Assembly: GCA_048013815.1 (NCBI GenBank)
Contig: CM106586.1
Coordinates: 12,338,001-12,402,000, forward strand
Direction of reading: 5' to 3'
From: Setoptus koraiensis
Lineage: Eukaryota > Animalia > Arthropoda
DNA: 64,000 bases
Shown here: positions 38,401 to 50,654 of the stretch, in pieces
Layout of the letters: every line of letters starts with the position of its first letter
Numbering within the stretch: position 1 is the stretch's first letter
Notes under the pieces: generated by a model
What the model saw: only the letters and a program-made list of their open reading frames with translations
Databases searched by the model: none
Told to the model about the DNA's origin: nothing
Translations under genes and position numbers: made by a program

Positions 38401-38510
38401 CAGGTGAATAGATGTGCCGTACGAACAGGTGAATGAATGTGCCGTGTGATCAGGTGAATAAATGTGCCGTGTGATCAGGTGAATAAATGTGCCGTGTGAT
38501 CAGGTGAATG
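38401..38510. repeat. 25-bp tandem repeat CAGGTGAATAAATGTGCCGTGTGAT, 4.4 copies
   Basis: Units start at 38401, 38426, 38451, 38476 and 38501. Confidence 0.85.
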
Positions 38511-39521
38511 TGTCAGCAACGATCAGCGGCATCCTCAACAAATAAGCTGACCGGGGATGCCCACGTCGGTCGCTTCACACCAACGGTTTACTGAACCGCT
38601 GGCACGACACTAGCTAGCCAAATCATCGGCAAGCAGCCGAGCCGACTCGCCGAGCCACCACTAATACGTGTGTCATATAGGCCAACAAATGGCACAAATG
38701 GAATGGCTGGCTGGCTGGCTGGCTGGCTGGCGACAGACAGACAGACAGCTTTGTCCATGGGCAACTTTTGCGCGAGCTGCAACACAAAACCCGCGAGGCC
38801 CCCATGACGCACCCACTTAGCCGCGCATGAGACAGACTGGCCCGAAATGGAATAATTTGTTCTGGCGACCTCTCTCGGCTACTTATACTGGTTACATGGC
38901 ACACACACACACACTGTGTGTCTGCGGGATATAAATGCCGCGCCGGCCCGACAGACACCCCAGCATCCATATCCCATCGAGCGACGGAGCGACGGACCGT
39001 TAGTCGGACTGCAAGTTGGTTGCGCAACGGACAAACGTGCCCTGTCTCTTTGCCACTGGCTAGTCGCTGCATTGTCTTTTCTCTTTCTCTCACTCTCATC
39101 TGGCCTCTCTGTCATCGCTGGCCTCTCTGTCGTCGCTGGCCTCTCCGGCGTTGTTGGCCTCTCGGGCGTCGCTGGCGTGTTATCGTCGTTCCGCGAAACA
39201 GAAGCCAAGTGGCGATGAGCCGCCAGCAGCGAAACAAAAACCTTTCTCCGTGGCTCGCTCGGCCCACAATCGCCGGCACACACTCATACTTTCACTTTGG
39301 TTCACTTTGGGGCCCCCGTATGCGAGATTGGCCGCTCTGCGTGCCGCTCCAATTTCGGCTGCTCCACTAAACATGTACGCTCCTGTTTTGTGCCCGGCAC
39401 AAGTGAGTTAATGTGCTCTCGTTGTGCCACCCACTGAAGCCCGCCAGAACTCTAATCTATAATGGCATTACTATTTCGGCGGGGCCCAATCTTGTTGCTG
39501 CTGGCGCCGTTGTTGCTGGCG

Positions 39522-39567
<46 letters not shown>

Positions 39568-40778
39568 CGTCGCCCAATCATACACGCTACCTGCGTCGAC
39601 TACCAAAACTACTTATTGGCGTTTTATCTTTGATTCGTCCATTGGGCGCCACCAACGCTCTACTTTGGGGCCCGTGTGCAGCCCGTGCAACTGGCACACA
39701 AACCTTTGCAACTGGCACACTAACCTTTGCAACGGCACACGTACAGCGAGAGCAAGACAAGTGCGACAACAAGTTTGTACATCTCGCCTCTTCGGCTGCA
39801 TGATTGAGCTGAAACCATCGACAGCTCGAAGCTGCCTCTGTCGAAACACTGTGTATGTGTGTGTGCACTTACGCAACCACGCCAATAGAGCACCAGAACA
39901 ATGTGTGCCGCTGCTGTCAATGTGCCAAACACTGTGTGTTACATAACCGACACAATGGGGCACAAATGGGCCCCATTCGCTGACGGGCGCACTCTTTTGG
40001 GCTGTGCTGAGCAATTGATTTGCGGTGCATTAAATATACATTAGTCATTCGCATTAGATTCAATGCAACTTTGTCCGCGCGTGTAGTACATCAATTCTAT
40101 TGTGTTCCTTCAACACCCAGCCAGCAGCACCAACGACAACAACAGCGACAACAACAACAACAGCTACAACAGCCACAACTACCGCCGCCACTACAAATAA
40201 CACCATGTTTCTGCGTTAGAACTTGGAACGGGGCACCGTCGCTGAGCACGAACAATGGCCGGCATGCGAGAACGAACAGTTGCCAGTTTTTGACAACTTT
40301 ATCCTACTGGGACCCCATTAGTATTCATAATAGCTAGTTTGAATAGTTCAGCGCTGCTGTTAGCCGGTGCTCTCTTCCATGTCAAGTTGTTGTAGCGGCG
40401 AAATTTGAGCACAATTGGTGGCAAATTGACATTGCTTATTGTCGATCGACAAACGCAAAGTAGATTGATTGCAGTTGACCCGCTCTGTTCTTTCGCTAAA
40501 CTGACGCCACAAGCAATTCTTGATCGCTCCTCGCTCATCCAACCCAAACTCACAATCGATCCATTTGATACTAAATAATCTATTGTAATCTCAAATAGTC
40601 ATGCTCAACTTGCCACTGGAAACAACTATCATCCAACAACGCCTATGAGTGCTTTATTTCTCATAGGCAGCCCATAGACAGACAGCTCTAAAATCGAGCG
40701 ATATTATTCATCATCATAATGATTTGTGCACACTCGATATCGCGTTGTATTTATTAGTTGTAGACATTATCTTACATA

Positions 40779-41320
40779 TCAAATACAGGAAGCACTAATT
40801 TTGATTCGCAGGCAACGCGAATAGTCGCCCGAGCCAAAGCGTGGAGACTCTCTCCAAAAAATGGGCAAGCTTGTGGCTCGGAGCCGTCCAGTGCCCGTCC
40901 AACTGGAATACAGATGACACAATTTGTCAACAAGTATCTGTTGACGCAACGGCCTCAGTCCGTTTGAGTCCTCCTCTTCTACATCACACTGTACTGACTG
41001 TTTGCAATTGACTGACGACATACTCAAGTAAATAGTGGATACCGTAAAAGTCGTATCGTGCTTGTTGAGTTGCCACGTCGTCCACAACAGTTCCGGCAGA
41101 AGCGTTTTGGGTTCTCATTGTTGTCCACTTGACATGAAAAATCTTGTTCCGATGAGTTTTGCCACAACAATAACACACTTTTGTCCAGACGCTTTGTCTG
41201 CGCGTCTCTGCCCAATTGGCCTCAATTCGATGGCCTCGAGCTCGATTTTGTTAGATGACGCTGTCAGTGAGAGCTGGACACCATGTCACCTGTTCTAGAA
41301 TGGACGATATCACACGTTCA
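40779..41320 (-). pseudogene. piwi: Decayed C-terminal PIWI domain of a Piwi-clade Argonaute
   Basis: Collinear fragments across shifting frames: ERVI..R*HGVQ (RDGV motif), KCVIVVAKLIGTRFF, NASAGTVVDDVATQQARYDFY, QSVQ, DSNGLRP-RQQILVDKLCHLYSSWTGTGR, SHKLAHF, GESLH, LYL. An AATAAA follows about 25 nt downstream. Multiple stops, frameshifts and small deletions. Confidence 0.8.
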
Positions 41321-41740
41321 AAATGCAGATAAAGACACATGAGATCGACTGTGATAGATTCAACAAGGAAATAATTTATGATAATTGTGCATATAAGATT
41401 TAGAGTCCACGTAGAGAGAGAGACAGAGAGAGAGAGCGACCCCTGGTGCGATATCATCGCACATTTTTTAACAGTCAAATTTGGCGCCTTTATTTGGTCC
41501 ACTTTCTGATAGTGATGTCCATATACGCATATGATCCACGTATGACAACATCATGCTTCCGATGCTCAATGTTGCGTGTGTCAGTGTGTGTGTGTGTGTG
41601 TGTGTCCTAGAGAACCATTCACCAACCATTCGCCGTCATCTCGTAATCAACAAACTGCTGGCATTTTATTGATTTACTCTAAATTATACTAATATAAATA
41701 TTAATAATAATAATAATAATTATAATAAATATTACAAATC

Positions 41741-42072
<332 letters not shown>

Positions 42073-42103
42073 TGTGCGATTCAAAGCTAATTCTGTTCCA
42101 ACA

Positions 42104-44563
42104 TTAAGAATAAACATCTGGAGACTCATGAACAATCTCTGCTTTGGCTTTTAGAAAATCAGAAACAAGTGTGTTATTTTGAGAGAATTGCTCCTTTAGC
42201 AATGGTCTTTTAGAGGGCGGAATCAACGATTCCAGATACTCCTGAAGATGCCATAATTGATTTACAAGCACTATCAAAGATTCTACTGCCACAGATTTCT
42301 TTGGATTCTTTTCGTTTGTGGTGTCATTATTCAATAATGTCGCCAGGTTTATAATTCCATGGTTGTAGGATGATGATCTACGATGAGCAGTAGGGTTTAT
42401 TGTTGTTGAATTGGACGAACCTCCAGTAAGACTCTCCCTTATTGATTGTATAATTAGTTTCAATCTCGGTGATACGTTCTTTTCGTCGTTGGATCCAAAT
42501 TTCTCAAACACTGAAATTGTGTAATGGTCCAAGAGATTGTACAATCTTAGTAAGATATCGAAAGATATCGGCTCCAAGACGCTCATCATTTGTATGTATC
42601 GACCAAACAATCGTAGAACATTTAGAGAAGTATTGGTAAGAACTGGTCCAGAGAAAGTAGATGGATACTTATTGGGGGTACTATTTACCGCATCATGAAC
42701 TTTCGATTGGGGAGACAACTTGGACGGCTTGTTAGATGTGCTTGATTGCACATGACAATCATCTTCTGACAAAGGTAAGTCCCCGTCTTCATCAATGAAG
42801 TCCTTATTCAATTCATCAAATAGTTCATCGGATTCATCGGAACAACAATCGGCATCGTCGTAATCGAAGTAGTCCGCTTTATCGGACAAGGAGTGACCAG
42901 AATTGCCAGAGCTCAAGAACAAATCCTCCGAGTTGATGGTATCAGAATCGAGTATGTCGTTAAAAGGATTCACTTGATCCGCGGCGAGTTTAGAACTTAT
43001 ATTTCCCCTGTTTGAAGCATCTAATTTGGATGTGTTAGGGCTACCTTGTTCTTCATCCGATGCTGATTCTATGAGATCTGTAGTAAAATATGTTGTTAAT
43101 GTTTCGTCGAAAGATGTTTGTTTATAATTTTGATTGTTGACGTAACTTTTACTACTGCCTTGCACTCTTAAGAAAGAAAATTCCTTCAATTGTATCAACC
43201 TGAAACTACTTTTGACTGGAAGAACTTCCCACAACTCGTTCTCGAGGAACATTTTTAGTTCCTCAATTGAATTAGAATGATAAACTTTGAAGAAGTTTAA
43301 GGCTTGTTCATTGATCGTTTCTTGTAAATCTTTTGAGACTAGTTGATCAGAACATGCGAATTCATAACTAATTGAGATGATTCTTTCGATAACTTTCAAG
43401 ATTTTGATAAAGTCATCAAATCTATAGCACGAAAGGTCATGATTGAGGATGAGTATACGCAGTTTTTGCTTCATGTCTTGCCAAATTCTCGAAAGACCAC
43501 CAATTAACTTTTGTTCAATGTAAAATCTATTGAATTCTTCTACATTATGAGTTGAGGTTTGATCCAAAAGGCTACTCATCGTGGACTGGTCCTCTTTGGC
43601 CAAACTCAGATCAACATTATGCCAATTAAGAATACACCTGTAGTTGAGCATAATTATCCAAAATACTTTACATATTTCTAACAAACAGAGTAGAAAATTC
43701 TCCTTCGTAAGTAAGGAGCATAGCTCATGGAAATCCTTTTTGATCAATGCCTCACAGTTGTCCGATGACTGTTTCTCCATACCACTCTTGTTTATAATAG
43801 TGTTCTGAGTCAAATAACTCGATACTATAGAGTGAGCTTCATAATTTATGGCACTACAAAAATGCATCAATAGCTGATCGGCGGCCGTCTCAAATCTACC
43901 CATAAGTCTGTATGATTCTTGTAATTTGGCATATGTTTTAGTATTGAATGATAGACATATCTTCGAAAGAGCAATATCAACTTGTTCACCTATGAGTTCC
44001 AACGTATCATTCAGTTTGGAATCTAGTTCTTTAACACAATCAAAATAGCTCAGCTCCGCCAACATTCCTCTACTTTTCAAACATAGTTCTATGGCTTTAG
44101 GGAAATCTTCATCTTTTCCTACAATTGATCTTATCTGTGCAATTGTTTTTTTCAATGAATTTATAGCAGTCAGAGAATCAAGCAATTGGGCTAGCAGTTC
44201 TCTTTTTCTATGATTCTCAACAATCATCAAACCATTCTTGGTAAAACCTGACTTGATTCTATCTAGACACTCTCTTCCGTTAGTACAAACTTTTATAGAT
44301 TGTGTCAAAGATGATTGCAAATCTGTGATCCTTTGTAGTTCCTCAACATAGGCAGGTTGATTGTTGAGTATGAGGTCAGAGACCCGCCTTGTGACGACCA
44401 GCATCTGCCTCTCGAGCCTCTCCCGATGATCTATAAGATAATCAGTGGTCACCGGTGAAGGGAATAACTCGGTGAGATGATCCAATTTGAATTGGTCCTT
44501 TTCATTATAATAAACACGGTCAATTGATTTGATGACTAATTCATCGGGGTCCACAGGATCCAT
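42104..44563 (-). CDS. VPS50: Syndetin / VPS50 (EARP complex subunit), intronless, ~819 aa, C-terminally short
   Basis: VSDLILNNQPAYVEELQRITDLQSSL...CTNGR, EELKMFLENELWEVLPV and LTNTSLNVLRLFGRYIQMM match remembered VPS50/CCDC132 motifs. Likely start is MDPVD (44563); the track ORF extends to 44644 with a TTG start. Confidence 0.9.
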   Translation of the reverse strand: MDPVDPDELVIKSIDRVYYNEKDQFKLDHLTELFPSPVTTDYLIDHRERLERQMLVVTRRVSDLILNNQPAYVEELQRITDLQSSLTQSIKVCTNGRECLDRIKSGFTKNGLMIVENHRKRELLAQLLDSLTAINSLKKTIAQIRSIVGKDEDFPKAIELCLKSRGMLAELSYFDCVKELDSKLNDTLELIGEQVDIALSKICLSFNTKTYAKLQESYRLMGRFETAADQLLMHFCSAINYEAHSIVSSYLTQNTIINKSGMEKQSSDNCEALIKKDFHELCSLLTKENFLLCLLEICKVFWIIMLNYRCILNWHNVDLSLAKEDQSTMSSLLDQTSTHNVEEFNRFYIEQKLIGGLSRIWQDMKQKLRILILNHDLSCYRFDDFIKILKVIERIISISYEFACSDQLVSKDLQETINEQALNFFKVYHSNSIEELKMFLENELWEVLPVKSSFRLIQLKEFSFLRVQGSSKSYVNNQNYKQTSFDETLTTYFTTDLIESASDEEQGSPNTSKLDASNRGNISSKLAADQVNPFNDILDSDTINSEDLFLSSGNSGHSLSDKADYFDYDDADCCSDESDELFDELNKDFIDEDGDLPLSEDDCHVQSSTSNKPSKLSPQSKVHDAVNSTPNKYPSTFSGPVLTNTSLNVLRLFGRYIQMMSVLEPISFDILLRLYNLLDHYTISVFEKFGSNDEKNVSPRLKLIIQSIRESLTGGSSNSTTINPTAHRRSSSYNHGIINLATLLNNDTTNEKNPKKSVAVESLIVLVNQLWHLQEYLESLIPPSKRPLLKEQFSQNNTLVSDFLKAKAEIVHESPDVYS

Positions 44564-44738
44564 ATGGACTATTGAACGATTGTGATGATAATACAACCAG
44601 GTGATGAATCTATTGATCTTGCCAGACAATCGACAACAAAACAATTCTTAGAGATAATGATCATTTAATACAATTCATGAAAACAATTTTTCATCGTGAT
44701 AATATCTAATAGCACACATGTTAGTTGTTCGATAAATA

Positions 44739-46160
44739 AATACAACAATATGGCGAGTGTTTGGCGTTATTTCGAAGTTTCATTCGACTACGTCTATCGT
44801 GACACGGGCGAGAGCCCTTCACATCAGGCTAATCAATCAGTGGTGGGTATCGAATCTGACAGCAACAAAAAGATCCATGTTATTCTTTTGTTGACAATAG
44901 ACCATCAATAGTAATCCGTGAACAGTTTGGCAAGTAATGTTGTAATAATAATAATAATAACGATAATGATAATTATAATGAATTTAATAGAAAGCAAACA
45001 CACAGAAGCGATACGGGAATTCTCAGTTATTTGCTCTTTCGCATCATATGGTACTGTGTGTGATTGTTGGGTATCTCAACTACCCACGCGCAAAATTCTC
45101 ATTTTGAACTGAATCATGTGATTTCTGCTTGGTCACAAATGCAACGACTGGTAATGATGCTGTAACAATGTTTGCAATTTATCTGTGATTTTTAATTAGC
45201 AAATTCCATTTATCACTGTAGAATCACTCATTAAACATTAACATAGGACTTATAACATCTTCAAGTAATCTAGGCAACACTACTACTTAATTGCAGGATA
45301 ACAAGATATACAATGGGACCAAAAGCAATCTTACTTAGCTATTTCCTAGTGTCTGTGTGCGTTTTACCTTTGGCTAAAGTAAGTTCCACCATAATTGTTA
45401 TGACAAATCAAAAACAAAAATTAACCTAACATGTCAACCAGTAAAGATAATAATCACTCTTGTCATATCAAAACGAAGTGTGCCACGGAGCTCGTGACTC
45501 ATGAAGTTACTTTTGATATCTCTATTGATAATGTACCCGCGGGCACAATAAGAATGGGACTGTTTGGAAACAAAGCCCCACGAACAGTGGAAAATTTTGT
45601 TGCGTTCGCCGGTCAAGGTGTTCAAGGTAGACGGTATGAAGGATCAATATTCCATCGTGTTATAAAGGATTTCATGATTCAGGGTGGCGATGTAATTAAC
45701 GGCGATGGTACGGGATCGATATCGAAATTTGGAACTCAATTTAAAGACGAACTGCCGTCCTATCGCCATTCCGTGCCAGGCCTCCTATCGATGGCCAATT
45801 CCGGACCAGACACAAACGGGTCACAATTTTTCATCACCACAGTTTTGACGCCATGGTTGAACAATAAGCATGTGGTATTCGGTAAAGTGTTGGACAATCA
45901 GAGTATGCAAACTGTGAAAAAGATAGAAAATGCTCAAGTTGACGAATCTAGCCGACCACTGTCGGTTGTCGCCATATCTAAATCTAGCGTGCATCAATTG
46001 TCGTCCAATGAGCAAACGCGAGTTGACATTGGTGCCCAATAATGAGGGGTATCTCGCAATCATGACTTGGAATCAGTTGATATTTCTAACAACTTAATCG
46101 CATTATAAACACATATTATATATGAGCAAGACATGACTCTAACCTAATGAACTATGCCCT
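44739..46160. repeat. Segmental duplication copy 1 (intergenic block X + cyclophilin + 3' flank)
   Basis: Near-identical to 54182-55604 (offset 9444). Block X is also present at 50041-50599. Confidence 0.93.
45313..46042 (+). CDS. PPIB: Secreted cyclophilin-type PPIase (cyclophilin B-like), 209 aa; join(45313..45378,45479..46042)
   Basis: Signal-peptide exon MGPKAILLSYFLVSVCVLPLAK|GTAAGT; the only plausible phase-0 acceptor is AAG|TGT at 45478 (inferred). Active-site motifs FHRVIKDFMIQGGD, SMANSGPDTNGSQFFIT and WLNNKHVVFGKV are intact. Confidence 0.9.
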
Positions 46161-46508
46161 AATTTCGATTGTTTATTTATGTGTACTTATCTCGCAGCGC
46201 GTCGTACTTGTTCATACGTTCATTCTCGTCGTTCGTCATTTGAAAACGGATAGCTAAATAACGATGGGCCAATAAAAAGGTCAAACTTATCTGATCGAAA
46301 ACAACAAAGTGAGTCGAAGAATATGATATTCTTCACTTCTGTGTATCCGAGATTCGCTTCAGCTGATAGAGGAAACACAAACATATCAGGATCACAATGG
46401 CATCCTATAATTATATGAATCCGAACAACAGTATCGATGCGGGAATTGTGATCTATGCACTGTCCGTCAAATAAGATCTGCATCGAATCGGCAACAAAAA
46501 ATTAATGA

Positions 46509-47669
46509 TCACCAATCATTTTCCCCTAAATGGCGTTTCTTAAAATCTTCAATCCAATCTTTCAACATAGTCACTCTTACGTATCTAAAAGCCTTAATAC
46601 GTATCCCATTAACTGCGCTTATAACACCTTGGACTTCCCACTTATTCTTATATGTCGGACCATTCCTGACATAAAAGGCTGGTCCACCCGAATCGCCCGG
46701 ACCGCCTCCAATGAAACACGTCTTATTATTCGGATTAAATGTACAGAAATCCCGAGAGTGGTTATAAAAAACTGATTCGATAATATTGCTGCATGTTTCC
46801 TCATCGGATATTGTTGCAACAGCAGCTCTCAATTTATTTTCTGGCCAGAGAGGTTGGTTCTCGTAGTCTCCCCATCCAGCTATAGTTAGGTTTGTGCCCG
46901 GTTTTAAATGGCCAGAATTGCCATCAACTCTTTCTGCTGGCGGCAAGCAAGCAGGTCTAACATAATCTGTCCATTCAAATGGGCGGTCGAGCTTAATCAA
47001 GGCAGCATCAACGTCTTCTCCTGGATGTCGTTCATTGTATAACTCAACATATTCATTCTCTCTCACTTGCTGCTTTGCAGTAAGTGGCGCATCCAGATCG
47101 AATATGCCTGCATATATTTGCAGGGTCCCTTTCTCTGCCTTTGGTTCACGGTCGAAACAATGGTCAGCAGACAGAATGATTTGCTTGTGTATAATTGTGC
47201 CGCCACATCGATGCCGCGATTGATTTCTATGACTTCCGATTGACACTATCCACGGAATGTCCCCTTCAGATGTCACCCCACCTCCGATGATTCTTGGTTT
47301 GATTTGAGCAGCGGTCGACTTATTCGGCAACCATCTATTGCCACCAGGGTTTGGATTGATGCCACATTCTACATGATCATGGGAGGGTTTCCCGGCTCTC
47401 GGTTTATACACAATCGGGTTTGCACGTCCCTTCGTCCGCCTCGAATTGGATTTTGATTCCTCTCCACTCGCCCCAGTAGCAACATGTGATTTAATGTTCC
47501 TTTTCGCGTGGGACAATTCATAATCATGGCCAGATTGCGAACTGTCCGTTTGCCTCCGCTGTCCCAAAGCACTCACTTCCAACTTTTCATCTGGCACCAT
47601 TGCCAACATCGTCGCTAAAACACATATTGCAGCATAAAAAAGTGTTTGAACTTGTTTGGAAGCCATCAT
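46509..47669 (-). CDS. Secreted trypsin-fold (S1A) serine protease, intronless, catalytic triad intact (386 aa)
   Basis: Signal peptide, R|IIGG activation site, SADHC (His), DAALIKL (Asp), GDSGGP (Ser). Confidence 0.92.
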   Translation of the reverse strand: MMASKQVQTLFYAAICVLATMLAMVPDEKLEVSALGQRRQTDSSQSGHDYELSHAKRNIKSHVATGASGEESKSNSRRTKGRANPIVYKPRAGKPSHDHVECGINPNPGGNRWLPNKSTAAQIKPRIIGGGVTSEGDIPWIVSIGSHRNQSRHRCGGTIIHKQIILSADHCFDREPKAEKGTLQIYAGIFDLDAPLTAKQQVRENEYVELYNERHPGEDVDAALIKLDRPFEWTDYVRPACLPPAERVDGNSGHLKPGTNLTIAGWGDYENQPLWPENKLRAAVATISDEETCSNIIESVFYNHSRDFCTFNPNNKTCFIGGGPGDSGGPAFYVRNGPTYKNKWEVQGVISAVNGIRIKAFRYVRVTMLKDWIEDFKKRHLGENDW

Positions 47670-48002
47670 TTAGATTTCTCAAGCTTTCTTCCCCTCAAGA
47701 CAGCCTGTTTCGCCGATATATACATATGCAAATAGTTAGAAAATATCAATCGACTTGATCGTTATTCTTGATACGATAAATAACTAGAATGGTTTCTTTA
47801 TAGTCGCGCAAGCATGTCGACACAAATGTTAGATAGCATACAGAGATCGCATGTTTGTGGATTCATTGATGAAAGATCAATTTTCGCAAAATAGGCAAGA
47901 CTGTCTCTAAAGATGATATCAAATATCACGTTAATAGTTTAATCGGTTGGAAAAATCCCCTGACAGCCTCTGTCAGTCTTACTGTCTACTGTCGTACTGA
48001 TA

Positions 48003-48148
48003 GAAGAAACACAAACATCAAGATCATAATGGCATCCTATAATTATATGAATCCGAACAACAGTATCGATGCAGGCATTGTGATCTACACTATGTCCATC
48101 AAATAATATCTGCATCGTATCGGCAACAAAAATTAATGATCACCAATT
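48003..48148. repeat. Orphan third copy of the protease 3'-flank block (Y)
   Basis: Matches ~46370-46510 and ~51372-51512, with no protease ORF attached. Confidence 0.75.
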
Positions 48149-48446
48149 ATTTATCGTATGAATGTAGCATCGTATTCATTTAGTCATCGACAATATTGAC
48201 TAATAAAGGAACGATTCATGAATCAACGCGTTGATTTTACAAGTACGCAGGTTCTTATAATATTGTTGGCTGAAGTTAAATTAAACTTCTGATAGAAACA
48301 AGAGGCCAGGATGTAGATTAAGCGCGAAAACTCTGAGTACAAGTTTGGTGAAGTAGGAATCCCCAAAAATGCAAATAGAGTTGTCGAATAAGATAGGTTT
48401 TAGAAAAAAAAAATATTCAAAGAAAATATCGTAATTATAATGAACT

Positions 48447-49945
48447 TTATTTAGATTGGTCAGCCATCATTGAAACTTTGATTTGTGGCTTGGCTACCTG
48501 GTCCAATGATATTCGTTTACCATTGATATAAAAGTCCTTGAATTGCTTTATGTTGATTCTATTGTATGAGATGGACTCTTTGGATTTCCTGAAATTTACT
48601 TTGATATTATCCATCTTTGGCTCTATTATGGTGAAAATATCTCTACTGCTAGGTGAGTTTTGAGCAGATAAGTTGTGAATTGTCACCACTGTGAATGAAA
48701 AATCCTTATCGATAGCTATAAAAGTAAGATACATGGCTTGATTATAATTTATGGTGAATAGAAGCTTGATATGTAGAATGTTAATACTAACGGGACCTTC
48801 ACCAATAACGTTGCATGTGCTATGGTCGGTCGGTTGAGGAGTATTTTTTTCGTTGACAAGTTCTCTGATACTAGTTCTTCTTAGAACTACCGAAGTCACT
48901 TTGCGCAAACGTTGCTCATCGACAATTATGTCTTTTTCGATTTGTAATACGTTTGCAAGAGTGTCCACATCTTTCTTGTATCGTCTCGATGATTTTTTAG
49001 CGTTTTTCGTCAAGTCGGTCAAAGTAAGATTGATTTGCTTCAAATAGTCCTGCAGAGATTCAAGTAGCTCTTTTGGTTGATTCCAATTTGGCTCGATATC
49101 TGATGCTTCTTCCAGAAGATCAACAGCCAATTGAAAGTTTTGCATATAAACTAAAACTGTTGCATAATTAAATAAGAAATCCGATTGTTCTTGTATTGGT
49201 TTTGTTGAATTATTCGTGCTGGTCGACTTATCGTCGGAATGTTCGCTTGTCTCCTCGATTGGTTCCTCCTTAACCTGTGAATTTTCTGTTGAAATGACTT
49301 TCTCAAAAGCTGACCTTGACATTCTAATCAGCGAATCATCAACGCATTCCGAAGCAAAGAAGAGACACATGTAAGCTTTGGCTAGGTTGTAGTAGCTGAG
49401 CGGATCTTTTAGGTCTAGCTTAAGTGCCTCTTTAGACAATTCTAAACTTTTTAGCAATCCAGCTAATCTGGCCTCCGGTGAATTGACAGGTTTTTGGCGT
49501 ATACAAGCGGACAAGTTTCTGAGAACAACTCTATTGGGTTTATCACAATTTTTTAAAGCGCTTTCCAAACAACCGATAGCTCCATCGAAGTCGCTCTTCT
49601 TCTGATAGCACTCCGCTAGCTCTATCCAAGACTCGATGAGGTTAGGATTAAGTTTGATTGATTTTGTTAATAGATCGAAGGCACCTTGATTGTATTTGTC
49701 GTCTTTGTTGAGCAAACGACCTGTACGAGAATGTAATTGTTATTATTACCACTATTTTTATAATTACTGTTCGGATTAAAACTGAGTGTATGAGAGAATT
49801 CAAGAAGAATATGATGTATGATGTATTTGCTGTAAATTTCTCGATATAACTCACCTTTTTGCATCAGCTCATAAGACTTATCTTCCAAAGGGTTAGTCTT
49901 GGTTTGAGCCTCAGCTGGTCGCTCGGAACTGATTCGTTCCGTCAT
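48447..49945 (-). CDS. TTC5: Tetratricopeptide repeat protein 5 (TTC5), ~454 aa; join(49945..49855,49720..48447)
   Basis: KG|RLLN...LLTKSIKLNPNLIESWIELAECYQKK, NRVVLRNLSACIRQ, DFLFNYAT and EPNWNQP follow TTC5 TPR motifs. The C-terminal OB-like region (FTFIAID...VTIHNL...INGK) is present. Phase-1 GTGAGT...TACAG intron. Confidence 0.87.
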
Positions 49946-50040
49946 ATTCTCGAGATATTGTTTTATTTCTCTTCAGCCTTAGATTGACATAATAAGCTTA
50001 ATATTAGTTTTCGACGGTAGTATCGAAACACTTGATAGTC

Positions 50041-50599
50041 GAATACAGCAATATGGAGAGTGCTTGGCGTTATTTCGCAGCTTCAACCAATTCGACTACG
50101 TCTATCGTGACATGTGCGAGAGCCCTTCACATCAGACCAATCAATCAGTGGTGGGTATCGAATCTGACAGCAACAAAAAGATCCATGTTATTCTTTTGTT
50201 GACAATAGACCATCAATAGTAATCCGTGAACAGTTTGGCAAGTAATGTTGTAATAATAATAAGAATAACGATAATGATAATTATAATGAATTTAATAGAA
50301 AGCAAACACACAGAAGCGATACGGGAATTCTCAGTTATTTGCTCTTTCGCATCATATGGTACTGTGTGTGATTGTTGGGTATCTCAACTACCCACGCGCA
50401 AAATTCTCATTTTGAACTGAATCATGTGATTTCTGCTTGGTCACAAATGCAACGACTGGTAATGATGCTGTAACAATGTTTGCAATTTATCTGTGATTTT
50501 TAATTAGCTAATTTCATTTATCGATTCTTTTCATGTAGAATCACTCATTAAACATCAACATAGGACTTATAACATCTTCAAATAATCTAGGCAACACTA
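50041..50599. repeat. Second copy of intergenic block X
   Basis: Near-identical to 44739-45282 and 54182-54726; gives the repeated 64-aa spurious ORFs at 44918, 50226 and 54362. Confidence 0.9.
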
Positions 50600-50603
50600 G
50601 GTA

Positions 50604-50654
50604 CGTCAATTGTCGTCCAATGAGCAAAAGCGAGTTGACATTGGTGCCCAATAA
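50604..50654 (+). pseudogene. Cyclophilin 3'-end remnant (rest of the gene deleted)
   Basis: CGTCAATTGTCGTCCAATGAGCAAAAGCGAGTTGACATTGGTGCCCAATAA matches the last ~16 codons of the cyclophilin and is fused to block X at a CTA microhomology. Confidence 0.85.

Noticed and set aside
38401-38510. Possible CRISPR-like array
   Set aside because: The units are contiguous with no unique spacers, there are no cas genes, and the context is eukaryotic.
44918-45112. 64-aa ORF conserved in three copies (also 50226, 54362)
   Set aside because: The conservation simply reflects recent duplication of block X; it has a GTG start and an AAT-repeat-derived sequence.
45431-45478. ATG 45431 (and 54875) as the cyclophilin start
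   Set aside because: A better model uses the upstream signal-peptide exon with a GTAAGT donor; this stretch is then intronic. Not confirmed by transcripts.
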